DNA from: Azovibrio sp.
GTDB taxonomy: Bacteria > Pseudomonadota > Gammaproteobacteria > Burkholderiales > Rhodocyclaceae
Direction of reading: 5' to 3'
Length of the DNA stretch: 64,000 bases
NCBI GenBank assembly: GCA_026414665.1
Contig: JAOAIO010000004.1
Location: forward strand, 1,700 to 65,699
The notes beneath the pieces are model-generated. The model was not told the origin of the DNA. It worked only from the letters and a program-made list of their open reading frames with translations, and did not search any database. Position 1 is the first letter of the stretch. Each line of letters starts with the position of its first letter. Position numbers and translations under genes: made by a program. Below, one piece after another: positions 50,388 to 60,988 of this stretch.

Positions 50388-50891
50388 TTAGATCACTTTC
50401 AAGAGTTCGACGCGCAATTCATCGGCGCGGCGGCTGCCTTGTCGGGTTGCCATGATGGCGCGATACCAGGGGCCGAAGTAATCGCGCAGGCGTTCATGAC
50501 TTGGCGCATCGAAGATGTCGTGCATCAGACTCATGTGCACGTGCGGGCCGCAGAAGGCCTTGAGCGTATTGATCATGAAATGGCGCGCCATGTCCAATTC
50601 CTTGGTCTTCGGCGTTGCCGGCAAGGGGCGAAACGACGTGACCGGTGGCAGAGGGCCGTCGGCAAGCCCGCCATCTTCTTGTTCGACACCGACTAATTCG
50701 ATATAGCCCTCTTCTTCCAGGGTGCCGAGCACGTGGGTGAGATCGTCGATATTCACCATGGCTCTTAGCGCTTCGACATTGCGTTGCCCATCGATGAGGA
50801 TGAGCAGGCGTCGCAGTCGGGGGGAGAGCTGCCCGGGGCGGCTTTGGATTTCATCGATGCCCCGCGGCGTTTTCTTGAAAACCACGCCCAT
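50388..50891 (-). CDS. hypothetical protein, N-terminal winged-helix-like segment
   Basis: GAGGAG RBS; KT..G..EI, R.LLILIDG.R, L..L...GYIE. Confidence 0.75.
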   Translation of the reverse strand: MGVVFKKTPRGIDEIQSRPGQLSPRLRRLLILIDGQRNVEALRAMVNIDDLTHVLGTLEEEGYIELVGVEQEDGGLADGPLPPVTSFRPLPATPKTKELDMARHFMINTLKAFCGPHVHMSLMHDIFDAPSHERLRDYFGPWYRAIMATRQGSRRADELRVELLKVI

Positions 50892-51004
50892 TGTTTTGTC
50901 TCCTCATTTTTGGATGAAATGCGCGCGAGTCTAGAGCCGTGCGCCGGCCTGGGCTGGCAAGTCCGGCTTCAAATTTTTTTATGCCGGCATGGATATCCCC
51001 ACGC

Positions 51005-51028
51005 AAAAAAGGGGCTCTGGCGAGCCCC
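51005..51028 (-). terminator. intrinsic terminator after sodB
   Basis: Minus strand GGGGCTC-GCCA-GAGCCCC-TTTTTT. Confidence 0.8.
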
Positions 51029-51054
51029 TGGCAGTGCTTGGCGCGACCTAGTCG

Positions 51055-51639
51055 TCAGGCGAAGTTCTGGGCAGCGAAGTCCCAGTTGACGAGCGCGTTC
51101 AGAAAGGTTTCCACGAATTTGGGGCGCAGGTTGCGGTAGTCGATGTAATAGGCGTGTTCCCATACGTCGATGCAGAGCAAGGCCTTGTCGCCGGTGGTCA
51201 GCGGCGTGCCGGCAGCGCCCATGTTGACGATGTCCACGCTCCCGTCGGCTTTCTTCACCAGCCAGGTCCAGCCGGAACCGAAATTGCCTACGGCGGCAGC
51301 CTGGAAAGCCTTCTTGAATTCTTCGTAGGAGCCCCACTTCTTGTTGATGGCATCCGCCAGGGCGCCGCTGGGGGCGCCACCGCCGTTCGGCTTCATGCAG
51401 TTCCAGAAGAAAGTGTGGTTCCAGACTTGCGCGGCGTTGTTGTAGATACCACCCGCCGGGGCTTTCTTGATGATGCTTTCCAGATCAAGGTTTTCGTATT
51501 CGGTGCCCTTGATCAGGTTATTGAGGTTTACGACATAGGCATTGTGGTGCTTGCCGTAGTGATATTCGATGGTCTCTTGGGAGATGTGCGGCGCCAGGGC
51601 ATCCTGGGCGTAGGGCAGGGCGGGCAGTTGATGTTCCAT
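51055..51639 (-). CDS. sodB: Fe superoxide dismutase
   Basis: [19 protein letters not shown] (Fe-type AAQ), [13 protein letters not shown]. Confidence 0.96.
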   Translation of the reverse strand: MEHQLPALPYAQDALAPHISQETIEYHYGKHHNAYVVNLNNLIKGTEYENLDLESIIKKAPAGGIYNNAAQVWNHTFFWNCMKPNGGGAPSGALADAINKKWGSYEEFKKAFQAAAVGNFGSGWTWLVKKADGSVDIVNMGAAGTPLTTGDKALLCIDVWEHAYYIDYRNLRPKFVETFLNALVNWDFAAQNFA

Positions 51640-51677
51640 CTTTTCTTCTCCGTTGTCAGGGTTGTAATGCAAGGATT

Positions 51678-53033
51678 CTATTGGCCTTCCCCAGGGGTGA
51701 CAACCTGGGTGACGCTCGCCAGAGCCTCGCCGTGGGCGAGGATGAGTTGGAGGCTGTCGCCGCGCTGGAGTTCCCGGGCGTTGCGTACGATCTTGCCCGT
51801 CGGCTTGCGTACCAGGGCATAGCCACGCTGTAGCACAGCGTGAGGATCGAGTTGGCGCAGGGCCTGGGCGGCCTTGTCGAGCCGCGCCGTGCGTTGTGCT
51901 CGGGCCTGCTGCCAGGCGTGCTGGAGCTGCAAGGCAAGCTGTTCCAGGCGTGCCTTGGGGCGGGATGTGGCAGGTCGCTGGGCGGTCAGGCGGCTGGCGA
52001 GGCGCATGAGCTGGCGCTCACGCGCATCTTGTGAACGCGCCATGGCTTGGCGCAGGCGCCAGCGCAGGTCGTCGAGCCGTTCGGCGCGCGCCTGCAATTG
52101 TCGTGCTGGCGAAGGTAAGCGTGCGGCCAGGTGGTCGAGGTGCTGGGCGTAGCGCTCCAGCTGGCGTTGCTGGCTTCGATAAAGGCGCTGGGCTAGGCTG
52201 GCGAGCCGTTCGAGCAAGGCGTCTCTCGCCGGGCTGGCTTGTTCCGCAGCCGCGGTGGGGGTCGGGGCGCGCAGATCGGCGGCGAAGTCGGCAATGGTGA
52301 AGTCGGTTTCATGACCGATGCCGGTGATGACCGGCAGACGGCTGGCGCGGATGGCGCGTGCCACGATTTCCTCGTTAAAGGCCCATAGGTCTTCCAGACT
52401 GCCGCCGCCGCGGCAGAGGATGATCAAATCGTGCGCCGCGGCGGCGGCCTGTGCCAAGCTTGCAGCGATTTGCCGAGCCGCGCCCTCGCCCTGGACCGGT
52501 ACGGGGTAGAGCGTGAGCCGGACATGCGGGGCGCGGCGTGCGAAAGTGCTCAGCACATCGCGCCAGGCCGCGGCCTGTGGACTGGTGACGACGGCGATGC
52601 GCTCGGGAAAGGCGGGCAGCGGACGGCGCTTGTCGCTATCGAACAGCCCTTCGCGCGCGAGCTGTTCCTTGAGTTCGAGAAAGCGCTGGAAGAGATCGCC
52701 CTGGCCGGCGCGGCGGAGGGTCTCGACATTCAACTGATAATCGCCGCGGGCTTCGTAGAGCGTGACGAGCACCCGGGCTTCTACCTGCTGGCCGTTTTCT
52801 GGACGAAAGCCGAGAAGCTGCGCCTTGTTGCGCCATAGGGTGCAGCGCACCTGGGCATCGGCATCCTTGAGGCTGAAATAAAGATGGCCGGAGCTGGCGT
52901 ATGTGAGGTTGGAAATCTCGCCGCGCACCCAAAGTAGGGGCAGGGTTTGTTCGAGCAGGGTGCGGACCTGGCGGTTCAATTCGCTGATACTGATGCTCTT
53001 GGCGAGCGCATCGGGAGGGGTGTGATCGAGCAT
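51678..53033 (-). CDS. xseA: exodeoxyribonuclease VII large subunit
   Basis: [52 protein letters not shown]. Confidence 0.96.
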   Translation of the reverse strand: MLDHTPPDALAKSISISELNRQVRTLLEQTLPLLWVRGEISNLTYASSGHLYFSLKDADAQVRCTLWRNKAQLLGFRPENGQQVEARVLVTLYEARGDYQLNVETLRRAGQGDLFQRFLELKEQLAREGLFDSDKRRPLPAFPERIAVVTSPQAAAWRDVLSTFARRAPHVRLTLYPVPVQGEGAARQIAASLAQAAAAAHDLIILCRGGGSLEDLWAFNEEIVARAIRASRLPVITGIGHETDFTIADFAADLRAPTPTAAAEQASPARDALLERLASLAQRLYRSQQRQLERYAQHLDHLAARLPSPARQLQARAERLDDLRWRLRQAMARSQDARERQLMRLASRLTAQRPATSRPKARLEQLALQLQHAWQQARAQRTARLDKAAQALRQLDPHAVLQRGYALVRKPTGKIVRNARELQRGDSLQLILAHGEALASVTQVVTPGEGQ

Positions 53034-53123
53034 GGCGGCAAGTTTACTTCACATCGTGTCTGGTTTTGGGTTCAGCGCCGCGCGCGCGGCCGTAGGGCCG
53101 AGGGGGTGTGTGGCGCATTTTCT

Positions 53124-53136
53124 TAACCTTTTGATT
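53124..53136 (-). promoter_or_regulatory. IHF consensus site in an AT-rich patch
   Basis: Minus strand AATCAAAAGGTTA matches WATCAANNNNTTR. Confidence 0.65.
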
Positions 53137-53223
53137 TTTAATGATTGTTTTATTCTGCCTGATTTCTGGGCAAGAGCGACACAAGCCTTGTGGCGGCAAG
53201 GGGCGCGGCACCGCGCCGACAGG

Positions 53224-53258
53224 ATGTCCACAGATTTGTCCACAGTTTTTGTGGATAA
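53224..53258. promoter_or_regulatory. cluster of three DnaA boxes
   Basis: Minus strand TTATCCACA-AAAAC-TGTGGACAA-ATC-TGTGGACAT: one perfect box, one 1-mismatch and one 2-mismatch box. Confidence 0.8.
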
Positions 53259-53390
53259 GGCACGAGTTTGGCGGCTTAGGGGCGGCGCCGCTGGGCGTCA
53301 TGCCGATGGCAAGCGTTTCCCGCCGGAGCCCTTGCCCTGCCGCGGCCCTGAAGGCAGAATAACCGGCTGCTAGAAATCACCGGAGGTCAT

Positions 53391-53996
53391 GTGTTTGCAA
53401 TCGTTCAGGCTGCGGGTTGGCCCATTTGGCCCCTGCTCTTCGCCTCGGTCATCGCGGTGGCCTTGATCATCGAACGCTCGATCGCCTTGCGACGCGCCAA
53501 GATCGTGCCGGCCGGCCTATTGCAGCGCGTGGTGGCTGAGGTGCGCAGAGGCGGCGCGAATGATGCGTTCATCGGCGAGCTCGAGCAGCATTCGCCGCTC
53601 GGGAAGGTGCTCGCAGCCGGCTTGCGTAACCGCAATGCCTCGCGGGAGGTCATGAAAGAAGCCATCGAGGAGGTCGGTCGGGCTGTCGCGCATCAGCTCG
53701 AACGCTATCTGACGACGCTGGGTACCATCGCTTCGATCAGTCCGTTGATGGGTCTGTTTGGCACCGTGGTCGGCATGATCGAGATGTTCAGCGCCCAGAC
53801 GCCGGGCAGCGCCGATCCGCATCAGCTCGCGCATGGGATTTCGATCGCCCTGTACAACACCGGCTTCGGCATTCTCATTGCCATCCCCAGCATGATTTTC
53901 TGGCGCCATTTCCGCGCCTTGATCGACGCGTTCGTCGTGGATATGGAGCAGCAAGCCGTGCGCTTGGTCGAAGTCATCCACGGCGAACGTCAGTAA
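53391..53996 (+). CDS. exbB: MotA/TolQ/ExbB proton channel protein
   Basis: LGTIASISPLMGLFGTVVGMI, GISIALYNT.FG..IAIP. Confidence 0.88.
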   Translation: MFAIVQAAGWPIWPLLFASVIAVALIIERSIALRRAKIVPAGLLQRVVAEVRRGGANDAFIGELEQHSPLGKVLAAGLRNRNASREVMKEAIEEVGRAVAHQLERYLTTLGTIASISPLMGLFGTVVGMIEMFSAQTPGSADPHQLAHGISIALYNTGFGILIAIPSMIFWRHFRALIDAFVVDMEQQAVRLVEVIHGERQ

Positions 53997-54011
53997 GCGG
54001 GGGCGCGGGGC

Positions 54012-54431
54012 ATGAACTTTCATCGTGGCCGTGGCCGGGAAGAGCCGGAGATCAATCTGGTTCCCCTGATCGACGTGCTGCTCGTGGTCATCATCTTTCT
54101 GATGCTGACCACCACTTATGCGCGCTATGCCGGTCTCGAGATCAATCTCCCGAGCGCCGATGCCGCCGAACGCGCCGAAGCGCCGAACGAAATCGAGGTG
54201 GCCGTCAGCGCTGCCGGTCAGGTGGTGGTCAATCAGCAACCGTTGCAAAGCAGCGAAGTTCGTTTCATTAGCGAGGCGCTGACTCGGGCGGCGCAGGGCC
54301 GGCCCGATCCTGTCATCATCATCAGCGCTGATGCCAAGGCGACGCATCAAAGTGTGATCGATGTGATGCAGGCAGCTCAGGTGGCGGGCTATCCCCGCAT
54401 TTCGTTTACGACGCAGACGCAGTCGCGGTGA
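54012..54431 (+). CDS. exbD: ExbD/TolR family protein
   Basis: EINLVPLIDVLLV..IFLM, INLP.A, I.AD....HQ.VI.VM. Confidence 0.88.
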   Translation: MNFHRGRGREEPEINLVPLIDVLLVVIIFLMLTTTYARYAGLEINLPSADAAERAEAPNEIEVAVSAAGQVVVNQQPLQSSEVRFISEALTRAAQGRPDPVIIISADAKATHQSVIDVMQAAQVAGYPRISFTTQTQSR

Positions 54432-55453
54432 TGAGGCGGGCACGCGGGTTACAGGAGCGGTGGTATCGCCGGCGCCTGGCTCCGGCGCTTTGGCCTCTGG
54501 CCCCCTTGGCCTTCCTGTTTTACGGGCTCGCCGCGCTACGCCGTTTCGCTTACCGCTGCGGCTGGCGTAGGAGCGAGCGTCTTACGGTACCCGTCGTCGT
54601 GGTTGGCAATCTCACGGTCGGTGGTGCCGGCAAAACCCCCTTGGTGCTTTGGCTTGCCGGCGAATTGCAACGCCTGGGCTGGCGGCCCGGCATCGTCAGC
54701 CGTGGCTACGGCGCCACAGTCGTGGGGCCACATGCCGTCTCGCCCGACGCCGATCCGGCTCGTTTGGGCGACGAGCCGGTGCTCCTGGCACGGCGTAGCG
54801 GCCTGCCGGTCTGGATCGGCAAGGACCGCGTGGCGGCTGCCCGGGCCTTGCTCGAGCGGCAGCCGGAGGTGAATGTGCTGCTCTGCGATGACGGCCTGCA
54901 GCATTACCGGCTGGCGCGCGATGTGGAAATCGCCGTGTTCGACGGACGTGGTGTCGGCAACGGCGCGCCCTTGCCCCTGGGGCCCTTGCGCGAGCCGCTT
55001 GGCCGGCTCGAACGGGTGCATGCCCTGGTCTTCAATGGCGCGCCCGATCATCGCGTCTTGAAAGCGGTGCCGCATCTGCCCGATTTCGCCATGAGTCTGG
55101 AGCCCGGCGAATTTTATCGGCTGGACGACCCGTCCCAGCGCTGTACGGCGGCGCAGCTGGCCGGCAAGCGTTTACATGCGGTGGCCGGCATTGGCGACCC
55201 TGGGCGTTTCTTTCGCACCTTGGCGCAGTTGGGGCTCGAGTTCGTGCCGCATCCTTTCCCCGATCACCACGTCTATACGCTCGAGGATCTCGACTTTGCC
55301 GCAGGCGAAGTGCTGCTGATGACGGAAAAGGATGGGGTAAAATGCGCCTCCCTTGGCCTGGGCGAGGCTTGGGTTTTGCCGGTAGAGGCGCGCCTGCCGC
55401 TGGAATTGATCGATGTCCTCCTGGAGAGACTGAATGGACGCAAGGCTCCTTGA
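54431..55453 (+). CDS. lpxK: tetraacyldisaccharide 4'-kinase
   Basis: [46 protein letters not shown]. Confidence 0.95.
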   Translation: MRRARGLQERWYRRRLAPALWPLAPLAFLFYGLAALRRFAYRCGWRRSERLTVPVVVVGNLTVGGAGKTPLVLWLAGELQRLGWRPGIVSRGYGATVVGPHAVSPDADPARLGDEPVLLARRSGLPVWIGKDRVAAARALLERQPEVNVLLCDDGLQHYRLARDVEIAVFDGRGVGNGAPLPLGPLREPLGRLERVHALVFNGAPDHRVLKAVPHLPDFAMSLEPGEFYRLDDPSQRCTAAQLAGKRLHAVAGIGDPGRFFRTLAQLGLEFVPHPFPDHHVYTLEDLDFAAGEVLLMTEKDGVKCASLGLGEAWVLPVEARLPLELIDVLLERLNGRKAP

Positions 55454-55610
55454 TATTCTCGTTTGCCCAGTCTGCAAGGGTGAGCTGATCTACAAGAAGG
55501 TGGAGCAAGAGCTGATCTGCAAGCCCTGTAAGCTCGTCTACCCGATCCGGGACGGCATCCCCGTGATGCTCGAAGCCGAGGCGCGTCCGCTCACCGACAC
55601 CGAGGCCTAA
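55434..55610 (+). CDS. Trm112-family (YcaR) small protein, absent from the ORF track (58 aa)
   Basis: [16 protein letters not shown]...[25 protein letters not shown]; usual lpxK-ycaR-kdsB position; GGAG RBS. Confidence 0.92.
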   Translation: MDARLLDILVCPVCKGELIYKKVEQELICKPCKLVYPIRDGIPVMLEAEARPLTDTEA

Positions 55611-55614
55611 GGCC

Positions 55615-57157
<1,543 letters not shown>

Positions 57158-57165
57158 AGTCCGCC

Positions 57166-58425
57166 ATGACGGCCCGGAATGCCTTCTACGCCCAGTCTGG
57201 AGGGGTCACGGCCGTCATCAATGCCACCGCCTGCGGTCTGATCGAGACCGCGAGGCGGTATCCAGAGCGTATCGGCAAGGTTTTCGCGGGTCGAGATGGC
57301 ATCCTTGGCGCCTTGACCGAGGAGCTCATCGATACCTCGCTCGAATCCGATGCCGATATCGCTCGCTTGCGACACACGCCGGGCGGAGCTTTCGGCTCCT
57401 GCCGCTACAAGCTGAAGTCCTTGGACGAGCACCGGGCCCAGTATGAGCGCCTGATCGAGGTATTCCGGGCGCACGACATCGGCTATTTCTTCTACAACGG
57501 CGGCAACGACTCCATGGACACCGCTTGGAAGGTGGCGCAGATGGCCGAAGCCATGGGGCTTCCCTTGGTATCGGTCGGCATTCCCAAGACGGTGGATAAC
57601 GACTTGGCCGTGACTGACAACAGCCCGGGGTTTGGCTCCGTGGCGAAATATGTTGCGACCTCGATGCGCGAGGCCGGCTACGACGTGGCTTCCATGGCCC
57701 GCACGTCTACGCAGATCTTCGTGCTCGAAGTCATGGGGCGTCACGCTGGCTGGATCACAGCCGCCTGTGGGCTGGCGGCCGAAGCCGAGGGCGAGGCGCC
57801 GCACCTCCTGCTCTTTCCTGAAATCCCTTTCGCGCCCGAGGCGTTTTTGGCGCGGGTAGCGGAGTGCGTCGCCCGGCATGGCTATTGCGCGATCGCGGTG
57901 TCGGAAGGGTTGCGCGATGCGACTGGCCGGCTGATGGCCGACATGGGCAGCCGCGATGCCTTTGGGCACGCCCAGCTAGGCGGGGTCGGGCAAGTCATTG
58001 CCCAGCTCATCAAGGATCGACTCGGCTACAAGTACCACTGGGCGCTGGCCGATTATCTGCAGCGTTCGGCTCGGCACATCGCCTCGCGCACCGATCTCGA
58101 GCAAGCCTATGCCGTGGGGGCGAAGGCCGTGGAATTGGCGCTGGCTGGCCAGAATGCCGTGTTGCCGGTCATTCGGCGTTTATCTGACGCGCCTTATGCC
58201 TGGGATATCGGCGTGGCGGCGCTCGGCGATGTCGCCAATGTGGAAAAGCAAATGCCGCGGGAGTTCATCCGTTCGGATGGCTTTCACATCACTCCGGCTT
58301 GCCGCCGCTATCTGCAACCTCTGATCGAGGGCGAGGCTATCCCGCCGTTTCGTAACGGCCTGCCGGATTATGTGCGGCTCAAGAACCGGCTCGTAGCCAA
58401 GCAATTGCCGCCTTTTCCGCTGTAA
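57166..58425 (+). CDS. pfk: 6-phosphofructokinase, probably PPi-dependent
   Basis: QSGG.TAVIN, GGNDS, PKTVDND, EVMGRHAGW. Confidence 0.9.
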   Translation: MTARNAFYAQSGGVTAVINATACGLIETARRYPERIGKVFAGRDGILGALTEELIDTSLESDADIARLRHTPGGAFGSCRYKLKSLDEHRAQYERLIEVFRAHDIGYFFYNGGNDSMDTAWKVAQMAEAMGLPLVSVGIPKTVDNDLAVTDNSPGFGSVAKYVATSMREAGYDVASMARTSTQIFVLEVMGRHAGWITAACGLAAEAEGEAPHLLLFPEIPFAPEAFLARVAECVARHGYCAIAVSEGLRDATGRLMADMGSRDAFGHAQLGGVGQVIAQLIKDRLGYKYHWALADYLQRSARHIASRTDLEQAYAVGAKAVELALAGQNAVLPVIRRLSDAPYAWDIGVAALGDVANVEKQMPREFIRSDGFHITPACRRYLQPLIEGEAIPPFRNGLPDYVRLKNRLVAKQLPPFPL

Positions 58426-58509
58426 GGAGCGTGAGCACGCGGCCGGGGCGCTGTCGCGGCCTGTGCGCCCGTGCCGTGCTGCTGGCCGGGCGCGGTGGGC
58501 AGGGCGCTT

Positions 58510-59136
58510 TCAGGCGATGGCAGGGTTGAGGCTGTAGGTCCCGGTGAGGCTGGCTTGGGCGAGGATGTGGCCGACGATGGCCTGGCGCACGTCCGCCCCG
58601 GTAAACCGACCTTCGAGGGGTAGCCGTGCCACATCCAAGGCGTAGAGGGTGAATACGTAGCGGTGCACGATGCTATCGTTCCACGGCGGGCAAGGACCGT
58701 CATAGCCGTAGTAGTCGCCGCGCATGTCGTTGTCGCCGGCGAACCAGGCCGTGTAGTCGTTGATGCCCTGGCGGCTGCCGTGGGGGGCTTGCGGGCCGGC
58801 CTTACCCTTGGGCACGACCTCGCGGGAAAACTCGCCCGCGCCGATTTCGCGTAGCGTGGCGGGGAGATCGACCAACACCCAGTGGAAGAAATCTACCCGT
58901 GGCAGGTCGGCAGGCACGCTGCGGCCTTCTTGATTCACGTCGTCGCCCGTACTCGGAACATCGGGGTCGTGGCAAATCAGGGCGAAGCTGCGGGTGCCCT
59001 CGGGCACTTCGCTCCAAGCTAGATGCGGGTTTTGATTGCTGCCCAGGCACACGCGGCGGGCGGGGTCAGGGATGCAAAAGGCGAATTCGCCGGGGATCGG
59101 CGCGCCTTCGGCAAAGCTGTTGCTGCTGAGTTTCAT
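58510..59136 (-). CDS. YbhB/YbcL (PEBP/Raf kinase inhibitor-like) protein
   Basis: NP.L.W, HDPDVP, FFHWV, YDGPCPP, HRY.F..YALD. Confidence 0.9.
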   Translation of the reverse strand: MKLSSNSFAEGAPIPGEFAFCIPDPARRVCLGSNQNPHLAWSEVPEGTRSFALICHDPDVPSTGDDVNQEGRSVPADLPRVDFFHWVLVDLPATLREIGAGEFSREVVPKGKAGPQAPHGSRQGINDYTAWFAGDNDMRGDYYGYDGPCPPWNDSIVHRYVFTLYALDVARLPLEGRFTGADVRQAIVGHILAQASLTGTYSLNPAIA

Positions 59137-59154
59137 GGGCTCCTCCAGTGATTT

Positions 59155-60711
59155 TTATCCTGCAGAACGACGTTTGAAATCCCGAAGCCGGAATCCGCAG
59201 GCCCATAGTGTAGCGAAATAAACTGCGATTCCGGTAAGCACGAGGAGGGTGAGGCGGACGATGCGCTCGAGGGCGGGGTAGCCGAGCCAGGCCGCCGTCT
59301 CGCCCATGAGGCTGTAGAGACTAAGGCCCAGCGCCGCGAGCGCGACGAGTAGCTTGAGTAGAAACGTGCCCCAGCCGGGCGCTGGGACATAGACACCGTG
59401 GCGGCGCAAGCCCTGGTAAAGCAGCAGGGCATTGAGGCAGGCCGCCAGGCCGATGGAGAGCGCCAGTCCCGCATGGGCGAGGCCGAGTCCGAGCACGAAC
59501 AACAGATTCATGGCCTGGGTGGCAGCGAGGGCGATTAGGGCGATGCGTACCGGTGTCTTGATGTTTTGCCGAGCGTAAAAGCCCGGGGCCAGCACCTTGA
59601 CGATGATCATGCCGGTTAGTCCGAGGCTATAGGCCACCAGGGCGCGGCGGGTCTGTTCCACGTCCAGGGCGGTGAAGGCGCCATGGTAGAACAGCGTCGT
59701 GATGAGCGGCGTGGCGAGCAGAGCGAGCCCCAAGGCGGCGGGTAGGGCGAGCAGCAGCGTGAGGCGCAAGCCCCAGTCGAGCAGTCGCGCATAGGCTTCG
59801 GTGTCGGCGCTGGCATGGTATTTCGAGAGCGAGGGCAGCAAGATGGTGCCCAAGGCGGCGCCGAGCATCCCGGCGGGAAATTCCATCAGCCGGTCGGCAT
59901 AGTAGAGCCAGGAGACGCTACCGCTTGCCAGAAAGGAGGCGAAAATGGTGTTGATGAGTAGGCTGACTTGCGACACCGACACGCCGAGCGTGGCAGGCCC
60001 CATGAGCTTGAGGATGCGCCGCACGCCTTCATCCTGCCAGGCTTGGCGCAGCCTAAACGAGAGGCGCGGCAACATGCCGATCCGGGATAGGGCCGGGAGC
60101 TGTAGCGCCAGTTGCAGCAATCCGCCCAGAAACACGGCCCAGCCCAAGGCGAGGACGGGAGGGTCGAACCAGGGCGCGGCGAACAAGGCCATGCCGATCA
60201 AGCTTAAGTTGAGCAGCACCGGCGTGAAAGCGGGCAGGGCGAAGCGGCTCCAGGTGTTGAGGATGCCGGCGGCAAGCGCCACCAGGGACATGAAGAAAAT
60301 GTAGGGAAAGGTGATGCGGGTCAGCGCCACGGTGATGGCGAACTTGTCCGCATCGGCCGCGAAGCCGGGGGCCGATACCCAGACGAGCCAGGGAGCGGCG
60401 GCGACGCCGAGGGCCGTGATCAGCACCAGCGCGCAGCACAGCACGGTCGCGGTGTGGTCGATCAGGGTGCGGGTGCGGGCGGCTGTCTGGCGATTGCGAT
60501 ATTCGCCGAGGATGGGCACGAAAGCTTGAGAAAACGCGCCTTCGGCAAATAGGCGGCGCAGCAAATTGGGAAGCTTGAAAGCGACGAAGAAGGCGTCGGT
60601 GAACATGCCGGCCCCAAAGCTGCGGGCGATGACGAAATCGCGCACAAAGCCGAGGATGCGTGAGAGCAAGGTCATGCTGCTGACGGTGGCGAGGGCGCGG
60701 AGCAAGTTCAT
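59155..60711 (-). CDS. murJ: lipid II flippase MurJ
   Basis: [55 protein letters not shown]. Confidence 0.96.
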   Translation of the reverse strand: MNLLRALATVSSMTLLSRILGFVRDFVIARSFGAGMFTDAFFVAFKLPNLLRRLFAEGAFSQAFVPILGEYRNRQTAARTRTLIDHTATVLCCALVLITALGVAAAPWLVWVSAPGFAADADKFAITVALTRITFPYIFFMSLVALAAGILNTWSRFALPAFTPVLLNLSLIGMALFAAPWFDPPVLALGWAVFLGGLLQLALQLPALSRIGMLPRLSFRLRQAWQDEGVRRILKLMGPATLGVSVSQVSLLINTIFASFLASGSVSWLYYADRLMEFPAGMLGAALGTILLPSLSKYHASADTEAYARLLDWGLRLTLLLALPAALGLALLATPLITTLFYHGAFTALDVEQTRRALVAYSLGLTGMIIVKVLAPGFYARQNIKTPVRIALIALAATQAMNLLFVLGLGLAHAGLALSIGLAACLNALLLYQGLRRHGVYVPAPGWGTFLLKLLVALAALGLSLYSLMGETAAWLGYPALERIVRLTLLVLTGIAVYFATLWACGFRLRDFKRRSAG

Positions 60712-60729
60712 CGTAAATCGGTAGCCGGG

Positions 60730-60759
60730 TTGCCTGGCGTAGGTGGACAAGCTTATAAT
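60730..60759 (+). promoter_or_regulatory. sigma70-like promoter of tRNA-Thr
   Basis: TTGCCT-N18-TATAAT, 10 nt before the tRNA. Confidence 0.55.
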
Positions 60760-60769
60760 TATAGGCCTC

Positions 60770-60845
60770 GCCGGATTAGCTCAGTTGGTAGAGCAGCGCA
60801 TTCGTAATGCGAAGGTCGGGGGTTCGACTCCTCTATCCGGCACCA
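60770..60845 (+). tRNA. tRNA-Thr(CGT)
   Basis: GCCGGAT acceptor/ATCCGGC-ACCA, AGCTCAGTTGGTAGAGC D-arm, loop TTCGTAA, GGTTCGACTCC T-arm; 76 nt. Confidence 0.97.
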
Positions 60846-60853
60846 ATACGCAC

Positions 60854-60882
60854 AAAAACCCCGCCCATCAAGCGGGGTTTTT
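60854..60882 (+). terminator. intrinsic terminator after tRNA-Thr
   Basis: AAAAACCCCGC-CCATCAA-GCGGGGTTTTT. Confidence 0.8.
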
Positions 60883-60988
60883 CTGTTCTGCGGGGGCCGG
60901 TCTCGGGAGATTTTGATGGGTGCCGGGCGCAGCCGGTTTATACTCGCCGCTCCTTCATTCGGGGTTCTAGGGCCCGGTCGAGAGATTC

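Noticed and set aside
53040-53390. Chromosomal origin (oriC)
   Set aside because: Only three clustered DnaA boxes, no clear unwinding-element repeats, and no dnaA/gidA/parAB neighbours. The geometry fits a DARS-like or regulatory site better.
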